DNA of 64,000 nucleotides from Promethearchaeota archaeon (GTDB taxonomy: Archaea; Asgardarchaeota; Lokiarchaeia; Sigyniarchaeales; SOKP01), in NCBI GenBank assembly GCA_019057865.1, contig JAHLWP010000015.1:22225-86224 (forward strand), given 5' to 3'. The notes beneath the pieces were generated by a model that made no database searches, was not told the DNA's origin, and was given only the letters and a program-made list of their open reading frames with translations. Position numbers and translations under genes: made by a program. Shown here piece by piece: positions 1 through 8,429 of this stretch (the first letter of the stretch is position 1; each line of letters begins with the position of its first letter).

Positions 1-107
1 TTTTGAATACAGTTTATGATACCATCAATAATGCCTCAGCCTGTACAATACTGTTCTGTTTCATGTTCTGTGCTGTCTAATTTATTTTTCCATCCAGACA
101 TATTCAT
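1..107 (-). CDS. Possible 5' end of a CxxU selenoprotein running off the window (MNMSGWKNKLDSTEHETEQYCTG-TGA-GIIDGIINCIQ...)
   Basis: ATG at 107/101, in-frame TGA at 38-36 directly after Y-C-T-G; the frame stays open to the window edge. Not in the ORF track. Confidence 0.3.
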
Positions 108-261
108 CCATTGCTTCAAATATCTTTTAATTTAAAATATTAATAAGAAAATAAATAGATTGTTGTTTTAAATAATAAGATTTTGAGAGAAGAATAAAAA
201 AAAAGATAATATAACAATAAATATTTAAATTAATTAAAAAAAACGGTTGAAATATTGAAAA

Positions 262-540
262 ATGGGTAGTATTAAAGATTTAAAGAATGAGCTTTCAGAA
301 ATGAGAAAAAGTATGGAAAAAATGACAGCTGAATTACATGAAACAAATTTGGTTATCCGCGACTCGTTAAAATTAACTTCAGAAACTATTAAAGAAATGA
401 GTGAAAATTTCACTAAAGCATTAGAAGATGTTTTGAATCAGATGTCTGATTTAACAATTCAGATGAATATAAAAGATACAATTCTTAAAACGCTGGGAAT
501 TGATGGTATGATTCCAGATTTTTTAAAAAAAAAAAAATAA
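262..540 (+). CDS. Small coiled-coil hypothetical protein
   Basis: 92 aa, heptad-like L/M periodicity, basic C-terminus. Confidence 0.7.
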   Translation: MGSIKDLKNELSEMRKSMEKMTAELHETNLVIRDSLKLTSETIKEMSENFTKALEDVLNQMSDLTIQMNIKDTILKTLGIDGMIPDFLKKKK

Positions 541-549
541 CAAAAAGAA

Positions 550-756
550 TTACTTATTTGATATTTTTGCTTCCTTTTGCCAGTTTTTAATAACAAAATA
601 CATTATTATAAGAGATATCACATAAACAACAGTAATTAATGACCATAACATAACTTCATTAGGGTTTTTTGAAAATGATGCATCTATTGCCTTGTATATG
701 AAGAAAATACTAAGGAGTAATAATAGTTGAATTCGAAATCTCAGTTTATTATCCAT
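550..756 (-). CDS. Small 2-TM membrane protein
   Basis: 68 aa with two hydrophobic stretches. Confidence 0.65.
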   Translation of the reverse strand: MDNKLRFRIQLLLLLSIFFIYKAIDASFSKNPNEVMLWSLITVVYVISLIIMYFVIKNWQKEAKISNK

Positions 757-856
757 TTTTCTGAAAATTTTTTATTTAATAATTAAAATATTATATTACT
801 TAGAATTAAAAGTATAAGTATAAAAAAGAATTAAATATAATTGTTTACTAGAAAAA

Positions 857-1060
857 ATGACAGAAAGGGCTCCTCCCTTATGTTATATATGTGGTAAAAG
901 CTGTACAGATTCAGTAGAAGATTTATATTATTGTATTTGTGATGCTGCTATTTGCCATAGTTGCATAAATACTGTCAAAAAAAATGATAAAACTTGGGTT
1001 TGTCCACATTGTAAGGAAGCCAATGATTTAGAAAAAAGCAAGTTATTTAGATTAACTTGA
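857..1060 (+). CDS. Stand-alone C4C4 RING-type zinc finger
   Basis: C-x2-C-x13-C-x-C-x4-C-x2-C-x12-C-x2-C. Confidence 0.75.
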   Translation: MTERAPPLCYICGKSCTDSVEDLYYCICDAAICHSCINTVKKNDKTWVCPHCKEANDLEKSKLFRLT

Positions 1061-1276
1061 TCTAATTTTCTTTATTAACTAAATTTAGAGAATCTAAGAA
1101 TTAATCTGATTTCAATAATTGCCTATGATGAAAATAATTATATTATGATTTAAAATCCTTAAAAATGAATAAATTGAGGAAGTCTGAGGCATTATTCATT
1201 TATAATATAAGAATTATTAAATGGTTTCAAAATTTTAATTATTTAAATAGTCAAGAATAAAAAGTTGATTTTACTA

Positions 1277-1768
1277 ATGAGTGCTAATATTATAACGAAA
1301 GTCTTAGAAATTAATAATTGTGATAAAGAAACTCTTATTAGAGCTTTATATAAAGCAGAATTTTGGGAAGCTATTAAACCCACAAAAAAATTAGAAGCTA
1401 AGTTTATAGCTCCAAATGTTTTATATAGTAAAATGTATGATGAAATGGATTTGATTAAAGTTCCTATTGAAATGGAAGGTGAATTAGTTCTCACAGATAA
1501 AGGAGAGCAAGAAGAAAAAGGACGATTAATCGAATTAAATGTTCGAAATAATAAGGACGTTAGAAACTTAGAGGGAAGGTTAAGAATAAAAGAAATTACT
1601 CCTAATAAAACCAAACTCGGTGTTTATATAACTAAGTTTACATTAAGCAGTGATTTTTTGAATTTGATAGGAAAGAGTGCTGCATACGTTTTGAGACGTA
1701 AAATAAGTGATATAACAAGGAATTTAGAAAATTTTTGTAAAACGAACTCATTGAGTAGTCTATTATAA
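1277..1768 (+). CDS. Hypothetical protein, possibly SRPBCC/START-like fold
   Basis: ~163 aa ORF (ATG 1277 preferred over TTG 1265); the fold guess rests only on the strand/helix pattern. Confidence 0.55.
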   Translation: MSANIITKVLEINNCDKETLIRALYKAEFWEAIKPTKKLEAKFIAPNVLYSKMYDEMDLIKVPIEMEGELVLTDKGEQEEKGRLIELNVRNNKDVRNLEGRLRIKEITPNKTKLGVYITKFTLSSDFLNLIGKSAAYVLRRKISDITRNLENFCKTNSLSSLL

Positions 1769-1857
1769 AATCACTTTATATTTTCCTTTTCAAAAGTAAT
1801 ATATTTCTGAAATTTTATTATATAAATAAGAGATATTTTGATGTCAAGGGTTAAAAT

Positions 1858-2703
1858 ATGAATATCTGGATTATGGAGAGTGACTCAGGAATCACACTCT
1901 TGTACAAGCCGTACATGAATTTTTCTGTGAACGAGGATTTAGTATCTGGTCTCCTCACAGCTTTAAATCAATTTACAATAGTTGAATTTAAACAAGGAAT
2001 CGACTCAATTGAAATGGGAGGACTAAGATGGGTTTATATACAAGATAAAGAATCTAATTTATTATTCATCGCTGCTGATACTAAAGATGTAAGTGCAGAT
2101 ATGTTAAGATCCCGTTTGGATGTTATACGTAATACTTTTATAGAGCAATACTTGAATGACAAAGCCTATTGGTTAAATAGATGGAACGGGAATGTTGAAA
2201 TTTATAGACCTTTTGAGAAAACAATCGATGAATTTTATACTCAATGGAAGCAAGCAGAACACATAACCACAGTAGCTGAGTTCTTTGATATTTTAGGAAT
2301 ATTCCAGCAAATTCTAAATTTGGTCATCAACGTAATCGAAAGTCATTTATTGCCAGAGAAGAAAGAAATTATCTATAATCGTATTGAAGAAATGTTTGAA
2401 CATTATGCAGGTCATGATTATGTAAGAAATAATCCTGAATTGAGCAAAATAACTTTCAATAGAGAATCAGGGATCAATATTATTAATATTAATCCAACTA
2501 ATTGTGATATGTTTGTTGTTGAGAAACAAATAATAAATTTAATTAGACGAATTGTAGATATTATTAAAAGTGAAGAAGATTTTTATTCAAGTTTGAAATA
2601 TTTTATTGATGAGAATATTTTTGATTATCTTATCTCAAACTTTTCTTTATTGAATGAATTAAACTTGTTCAGGTTCTTATTACAACTTTTTTTATCAAAA
2701 TAA
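1858..2703 (+). CDS. Longin-domain protein (Asgard-type) with helical C-terminal domain
   Basis: N-terminal IWIM..SGITLLY...DLVSGLLTALNQF..E....IDSIEMG...LLFIA pattern typical of Asgard longin domains. Confidence 0.7.
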   Translation: MNIWIMESDSGITLLYKPYMNFSVNEDLVSGLLTALNQFTIVEFKQGIDSIEMGGLRWVYIQDKESNLLFIAADTKDVSADMLRSRLDVIRNTFIEQYLNDKAYWLNRWNGNVEIYRPFEKTIDEFYTQWKQAEHITTVAEFFDILGIFQQILNLVINVIESHLLPEKKEIIYNRIEEMFEHYAGHDYVRNNPELSKITFNRESGINIININPTNCDMFVVEKQIINLIRRIVDIIKSEEDFYSSLKYFIDENIFDYLISNFSLLNELNLFRFLLQLFLSK

Positions 2704-2879
2704 TTAAGGTTCAGGCAAACATTTGATTGAAGATTCGATTTAAATAGAAATTCAAAACAGGATCTTCAAAATCTTTAAATTCTCTGAGCTAAATTTAAGA
2801 ACGATTAATTTCAAATAGATTTATTAAACTCTATTTATTTAATTTATTATTAATTTCAAGTAATTGATCCAACTAAATT

Positions 2880-4178
2880 ATGGAGCCATATCTTCTTTTA
2901 ATAATTTTCATATTGTTTGCTCTAATAATTTTAAGTTATTCAAAATCAAATTTGGATTTTGTAGCAATTTCCTTATTATGTTGTTTTACAGCAGCATCAA
3001 TTACATCTTTAGTAGTTGGTACTACATTTAATGATTTCATTGTTGGGATTCAATGGCAAGCAATTATTGTAATATTATGTATGAGTTTAATTACAAAAAT
3101 CGCCCAAGATTCAAATATCTTGGAATTTTTGGCTGTAAAACTCTTTAAAGTTTCTAGAGGCAACCAAAGAATATTTTTTTGGCTTCTTTGTACAATCACA
3201 ACACTTTTAGCCGCAGTTATTAGTGATATAGTTGTCGTTTTGATATTAGCACCAATCGTTATTCGGTTATGCCATTTTTTAAGAATAAGATCGGGGACAT
3301 ATCTTTTAGGGATGACCATTTGTATTAATATTGGCTCTATAATAACTCCTTTTTCAAGTGGGGAAAATATTATCATATCCACTGAATTTGAACTTAATAC
3401 ATTTTATTTTATTCAAAATTTTTGGATCTTTTCATTTTTCTTGTTATTTTTAACAATATACTTACTAGATAGATTTCTTTTATCAAAAGAACCTAAGATT
3501 GATGAAGAACAGAAAAAGTTTGTTATTGACTTAGTAGATACTGATATTATGATAAAAAATAAGAAAATGTTCTATTTTAACAGTATTGCGATAATATTTA
3601 TTTTTGTTTTATTCGCCATATTACCTTTATTATATTTAACAGCAGCAATGTCCGCTTTAATTTTGGTACTAGTTAATAGAAAATTTACTAAAAAACCAAT
3701 GGGTGAACTTTTAAAAGATATTGAATGGGAAATTATCTTCTTTTTCATTTCGTTATACGTAGTTATTAAATGTCTTTTAGATGCTGGATTAGAAGAACTT
3801 TTCACTTCGATTCCATTTGAAACATTCAATCCAATTCTCTTATCTTTTTTAATTCTAATAATTGTTAGTGCAGTCAGTGGATTTATTGCTAATACTCCAA
3901 CTGCATTAATTTTTAATGTAATAATTCAAACTTTAATAATCCAGTTTGAATTTGTTCCATTACCTCTTTTATTTGCCTTTATCATTGCAATTAATCTTGG
4001 GGGTAATTTTATACCTCAAGGAGCTGCATGTGATATGATGACATTAAAAATAGCAAGAGATTCGGGGGTAGATAATTTAAGTTATAGAAGATTACTAATT
4101 ACTGGCGCTACTTTTGCCTTAATACATATAGGAATTTCAGCCATTTACTTAACAATATTTACAGTAATATTTGGCTAA
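2880..4178 (+). CDS. ArsB/NhaD (IT superfamily) anion/cation permease
   Basis: Many TM helices, NIGSIITPFSSGENIII and NLGGNFIPQGAACD hairpin motifs, SGFIANTP. Confidence 0.8.
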   Translation: MEPYLLLIIFILFALIILSYSKSNLDFVAISLLCCFTAASITSLVVGTTFNDFIVGIQWQAIIVILCMSLITKIAQDSNILEFLAVKLFKVSRGNQRIFFWLLCTITTLLAAVISDIVVVLILAPIVIRLCHFLRIRSGTYLLGMTICINIGSIITPFSSGENIIISTEFELNTFYFIQNFWIFSFFLLFLTIYLLDRFLLSKEPKIDEEQKKFVIDLVDTDIMIKNKKMFYFNSIAIIFIFVLFAILPLLYLTAAMSALILVLVNRKFTKKPMGELLKDIEWEIIFFFISLYVVIKCLLDAGLEELFTSIPFETFNPILLSFLILIIVSAVSGFIANTPTALIFNVIIQTLIIQFEFVPLPLLFAFIIAINLGGNFIPQGAACDMMTLKIARDSGVDNLSYRRLLITGATFALIHIGISAIYLTIFTVIFG

Positions 4179-4263
4179 ACCTAAATTATACTATTTCATT
4201 ATCAATTAAAGTATAAGAAAAATAAAGAAATTATTAAATTTAACTTCCTTCAGCGAGTTTGGA

Positions 4264-4389
4264 TTACAACCACAATCTGAGTCGCATCGAATCAATAACT
4301 CTTTCAATTGAAATCATTAATACTCCCATTCTATTATGAGTATTATATTTTTTAGCTTGATCTAAAGTTGAGTGATATGCTTTTGTCAT
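4264..4389 (-). pseudogene. 41-aa ORF homologous to the C-terminal helices of glutamate dehydrogenase (remnant of a fourth gdh, or a microprotein)
   Basis: MTKAYHSTLDQAKKYNTHNRMGVLMISIERVIDSMRLRLWL aligns without gaps to MTKAYRSTVDKAKEYNTHNRMGAYIIAVGRVVDAMQLRGWL of the 7157-8422 GDH. Confidence 0.8.
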
Positions 4390-4451
4390 TATCCAATCTT
4401 ATACTTAAAAAATTTAAAATTAAAAAAAGATTTTAATAATATATTATTCAA

Positions 4452-5702
4452 TTATGGAAAAATACCTCTTAATTCAACAGCTTTTGCTACTCGAGAAAGA
4501 GCAATAATATAAGCGGCTGTCCTTAAGATTAAATTCTTCTCTTTTGAGATTTTGTACACGTTTTCAAATGCATCTACAATAATTTTTTTTAATTCTTTAT
4601 TGACACGATCTAAACTCCAAAAGTAACTGTGTATATCTTGAATATATTCAAAATAAGATACGCAAACACCACCCGCATTAGCCAAAATATCTGGAATCAC
4701 AAAGATTCCTTTATTATGTAGAATTTTATCTGCTTCTGGAGTTGTTGGACCATTTGCACCTTCTAAAATAATCTTACAATTTATTTTATCAGCATTAATA
4801 TTAGTTATTTGATTCTCCAAAGCTGCTGGAACCAACACGTCGCATTTTGTAGTAAGTAATTCTTCGTTTGAAATATGCTTATAATTATTTTTGTTAAAGT
4901 CTCTTAAAAATTTTCCTTGATCTCTCCATTCTAATAATTCTTTAATGTTTAAACCTTTTTCTGAATAAATTCCACCGAAGATATCTGAAACTGCAAATAT
5001 TTTACTACCATAGTTATATAATATGTTAGCAATCCATCCTCCAACATTCCCAAATCCTTGAATTATAATGCTCATGGATTTCAAATCGTAATTTAATTTA
5101 TTACATAATGCTTCAAGCACATAAAACATGCCCATACCAGTAGCACTATCTCTACCCACAGATCCTCCTATTTCTATTGGTTTTCCAGTAACAACTCCAG
5201 GTATAGTTCGTCCTTTTTGCATGCTATATACGTCCATGATCCATGCCATGATTTGTGCATTAGTATTAACATCTGGTGCAGGGATATCGATATCTGGACC
5301 AATAAAATTTATAATTTCAGCTGTATATCTTCTCGTAAGTCTTTCTAACTCTTTTTTAGATAATTTTAAAGGATCTACGAATATACCTCCTTTTGCTCCT
5401 CCAAAAGGTAAATTCAAGAGACTACTTTTCCAAGTCATCCATATTGCTAAAGCCTTTACTTCATCAAGAGTAACATTTAGAGAATATCGTATACCTCCTT
5501 TCCCAGGTCCTCTAATTGTTGAATGATGAACTCTATATCCTTCAAAAATTTTCAACTTACCATCATCCATCATAATCGGAATAGAAACAATTAGGGAGCG
5601 TTCTATCCGCTTTAAATATGGAACAATATTTGAGTCCAAATCCATAACTTCTGCTACAATATCTATCTGTTTTTTTGCCATTTCATAAGGATTTATAGCT
5701 AT
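4452..5702 (-). CDS. gdhA: Glu/Leu/Phe/Val dehydrogenase (glutamate dehydrogenase); probable ATA start at 5702 (first ATG 5681)
   Basis: KGGIRY, MTWK, GGAKGG, DIPAPD, GFGNVG, EGANGP, NAGGV; the conserved NPYE motif lies upstream of the first ATG. Confidence 0.92.
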   Translation of the reverse strand: MAINPYEMAKKQIDIVAEVMDLDSNIVPYLKRIERSLIVSIPIMMDDGKLKIFEGYRVHHSTIRGPGKGGIRYSLNVTLDEVKALAIWMTWKSSLLNLPFGGAKGGIFVDPLKLSKKELERLTRRYTAEIINFIGPDIDIPAPDVNTNAQIMAWIMDVYSMQKGRTIPGVVTGKPIEIGGSVGRDSATGMGMFYVLEALCNKLNYDLKSMSIIIQGFGNVGGWIANILYNYGSKIFAVSDIFGGIYSEKGLNIKELLEWRDQGKFLRDFNKNNYKHISNEELLTTKCDVLVPAALENQITNINADKINCKIILEGANGPTTPEADKILHNKGIFVIPDILANAGGVCVSYFEYIQDIHSYFWSLDRVNKELKKIIVDAFENVYKISKEKNLILRTAAYIIALSRVAKAVELRGIFP

Positions 5703-5749
5703 TTTATTTCACCTTAAGATTTTTTCATAATAAATTAAAATTTAAGCAA

Positions 5750-7000
5750 TTAGGGAAATAATCCTCTTAATTCATGTGCTTTAGCTAATCTTTTTGCGCC
5801 AATAGCGAATGCTGCTATCCTAAGTGAAGTATTCATTTTTTTTGATAAATTATATACATCCTCAAAAGTTTTAATAATAATATTTTTCATTTCTCTATTA
5901 ACACGATCTAATCCCCAGAAATAACTGTGTATATCTTGAATATATTCAAAATATGAAACACATACTCCCCCGCTATTTGCAAGAATATCTGGAACGATAA
6001 TTACGCCCTTCTCATTCAAGATGGCGTCCGCTTGGGAAGTTGTTGGACTATTTGCGCCTTCCAATATGATTTTACAATCTATATTATCAGCATTTTTACT
6101 GTAAATTTGATTCTCAACCGCAGCAGGGATCAAGACATCACATTTTAAACTAAGTAATTCATCATTGGTTATAGTACTAATATTTTTTCCATTATAATCT
6201 TTAAGTGAATTCCCTTGTTGCTTCCATTTAATTATTTCGTTAATATCTAATCCGTCTGGTGAGTATATCCCTCCTTGTTTTTCAGAAACTGCAATGACAT
6301 TACATGAAATTTCACATAACTGTTTAGCAACAACCGATCCCACTTTTCCAAATCCTTGAATCACAATTTTCATTTTTTTTAAATCAAAATTTAGTTTCTG
6401 GCAAATGTGTTTAAGTAGATAACCCATTCCAGTTCCAGGGGCTTCAAGTCTTCCAACAGAACCCCCTATTTCAATTGGTTTACCAGTTACTACGCTTGGG
6501 ATAGTTCGACCCTTTTGCATACTATATGTATCCATGATCCAAGCCATTGTGGTTGAATCAGTATACATATCTGGTGCTGGAATATCTATATCTGGGCCAA
6601 TCATACTTATGATTTCAGCAGTATATCTTCTAGTCAATCGTTCTAATTCTTTTTTCGATAATTCTTTAGTATCTACGCAAACTCCCCCTTTAGATCCTCC
6701 TAAAGGTAAATTTAAAAGACTTGTCTTAAATGTCATTAAAAACGCTAAAGCTTTAATTTCGTCAAGAGTAACATCTGGAGAATATCTTAAACCTCCTTTT
6801 GCTGGACCTCGTAAAGTTGAATGATGAACTCTGTAACCTTCAAAAATTTTAAGAAAACCATCATCCATAACTATAGGGATGGAAACTATTAGTGAACGTT
6901 CAACCTTTTTTAGATATTCTAAAGTATTTGGATTTAAATTTATTAGTTCCGCAGCAATATCAAGTTTCTTTTTAGCACTTTCAAACGGATTTATTATCAA
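5750..7000 (-). CDS. gdhA: Glutamate dehydrogenase paralogue
   Basis: KGGLRY, MTFK, GGSKGG, DIPAPD, GFGKVG; start TTG 7000 (or 7018). Confidence 0.9.
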   Translation of the reverse strand: MIINPFESAKKKLDIAAELINLNPNTLEYLKKVERSLIVSIPIVMDDGFLKIFEGYRVHHSTLRGPAKGGLRYSPDVTLDEIKALAFLMTFKTSLLNLPLGGSKGGVCVDTKELSKKELERLTRRYTAEIISMIGPDIDIPAPDMYTDSTTMAWIMDTYSMQKGRTIPSVVTGKPIEIGGSVGRLEAPGTGMGYLLKHICQKLNFDLKKMKIVIQGFGKVGSVVAKQLCEISCNVIAVSEKQGGIYSPDGLDINEIIKWKQQGNSLKDYNGKNISTITNDELLSLKCDVLIPAAVENQIYSKNADNIDCKIILEGANSPTTSQADAILNEKGVIIVPDILANSGGVCVSYFEYIQDIHSYFWGLDRVNREMKNIIIKTFEDVYNLSKKMNTSLRIAAFAIGAKRLAKAHELRGLFP

Positions 7001-7156
7001 TATTTTCACAATATACAATTATTTTTATGATAATTAACTTAAATTGTGATCAATATTTAAAATTAAATTTTTTTTAAAAAAATTAGGATTTATTTGTAGA
7101 GAATATGTTTTTGTTTAATAAATTCTTAAAATTTATAAAAAATTTTCATCTAAAAA

Positions 7157-8422
7157 TTATAACCAACCACGTAATTGCATAGCATCTACAACCCTCCCAA
7201 CTGCTATTATATAAGCACCCATTCGATTGTGAGTATTATATTCTTTTGCTTTATCAACTGTAGAACGATATGCCTTAGTCATCACACGATCCAAAGCTGT
7301 AAATACTTCCTTTTCATCCCAGAAATATTGATAATATCCTTGGACCATTTCGAAATATGAAACAGTAACTCCTCCCGCATTACATAAAAAGTCAGGAATC
7401 ACGAAAATTTCATTCTTAGATAAAATTTGATCTCCTGCAGGTGTAGTTGGTCCATTTGCAAGTTCTGCAACAATCTTACAATTTAATTTTTCTGCATTCT
7501 TTCGTGTTATAACATTTTCAAGTGCAGCAGGAATTAAAATATCACATTCTAATTCTAATAATTCTTCATTGGTTATCATTTGAGCATCTTTTAGACCTAC
7601 CAATGTTGATGTTTTTTCCTTTTGAACCAAAGCCTTGTTAGGATCGATACCATCCTTATTATATATTCCACCCTTGGAATCAGATATTGCAATAATTTTA
7701 CAATTAAAATCTTGCGTTAAGATTTTAGAAGCCCAAGATCCGGCATTTCCAAATCCTTGTATAACTACCTTTGCACCATTTAGATTTAATTCGATATCTT
7801 TTGCAGCTTCTCTAATACAAAACGCGCCACCTTTAGCTGTCGAGATTAGACGTCCAGCACTTCCACCTAAAGGCAAAGGTTTTCCAGTAATTACAGCAGG
7901 TGCATGTTTACGCATAATTGTTTCGTATTCATCCATCATCCACGCCATAATCTGAGGGTTAGTATAAACATCAGGTGCAGGTACATCAATTGAAGGTCCA
8001 ATTATATCAGCTAATTTTCTAATATAATTTCTTGCAAGTATTTCAAGTTCTCTATTACTCATCTCTTTAGGAGTACAAATAATTCCTCCTTTAGCACCTC
8101 CTAATGGAATATCCACACAGGCACATTTCCAAGTCATCCAAGCAGATAGAGCTTTAACAAGAGCAGCACTTTCATCGGGATGCCATCTAATTCCCCCTTT
8201 CATTGGCCCTCTCGCTGAGTTATATTGACTCCTAAAACCCTTAAATGTTTGCAAAGATCCATTGTCCATTCTCATAGTTATTTTTATTTCGACAAATCTT
8301 TCTGGCTGATTCAAAGCCTTATAAATTTCTCTATCACAACTCATTAACTTACAGGCTGTGTAAAGCTGAATTTGAGAAATCTGAAAAGGATCTAAATTTT
8401 CACTATCTTTTAACTTTTCCAT
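7157..8422 (-). CDS. gdhA: Glutamate dehydrogenase (archaeal type)
   Basis: GPMKGGIRWHP, MTWKC, GGAKGG, DVPAPDV, GFGNAG, ELANGP, C-terminal LRGWL. Confidence 0.93.
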   Translation of the reverse strand: MEKLKDSENLDPFQISQIQLYTACKLMSCDREIYKALNQPERFVEIKITMRMDNGSLQTFKGFRSQYNSARGPMKGGIRWHPDESAALVKALSAWMTWKCACVDIPLGGAKGGIICTPKEMSNRELEILARNYIRKLADIIGPSIDVPAPDVYTNPQIMAWMMDEYETIMRKHAPAVITGKPLPLGGSAGRLISTAKGGAFCIREAAKDIELNLNGAKVVIQGFGNAGSWASKILTQDFNCKIIAISDSKGGIYNKDGIDPNKALVQKEKTSTLVGLKDAQMITNEELLELECDILIPAALENVITRKNAEKLNCKIVAELANGPTTPAGDQILSKNEIFVIPDFLCNAGGVTVSYFEMVQGYYQYFWDEKEVFTALDRVMTKAYRSTVDKAKEYNTHNRMGAYIIAVGRVVDAMQLRGWL

Positions 8423-8429
8423 AATTTAG

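Noticed and set aside
1110-1200. SECIS-like arrangement (GCCT-ATGA...TGA-GGC)
   Set aside because: No proper 11-12-bp helix II, and no upstream plus-strand gene with a credible Sec codon; readthrough of the RING gene TGA adds only a few unremarkable residues.
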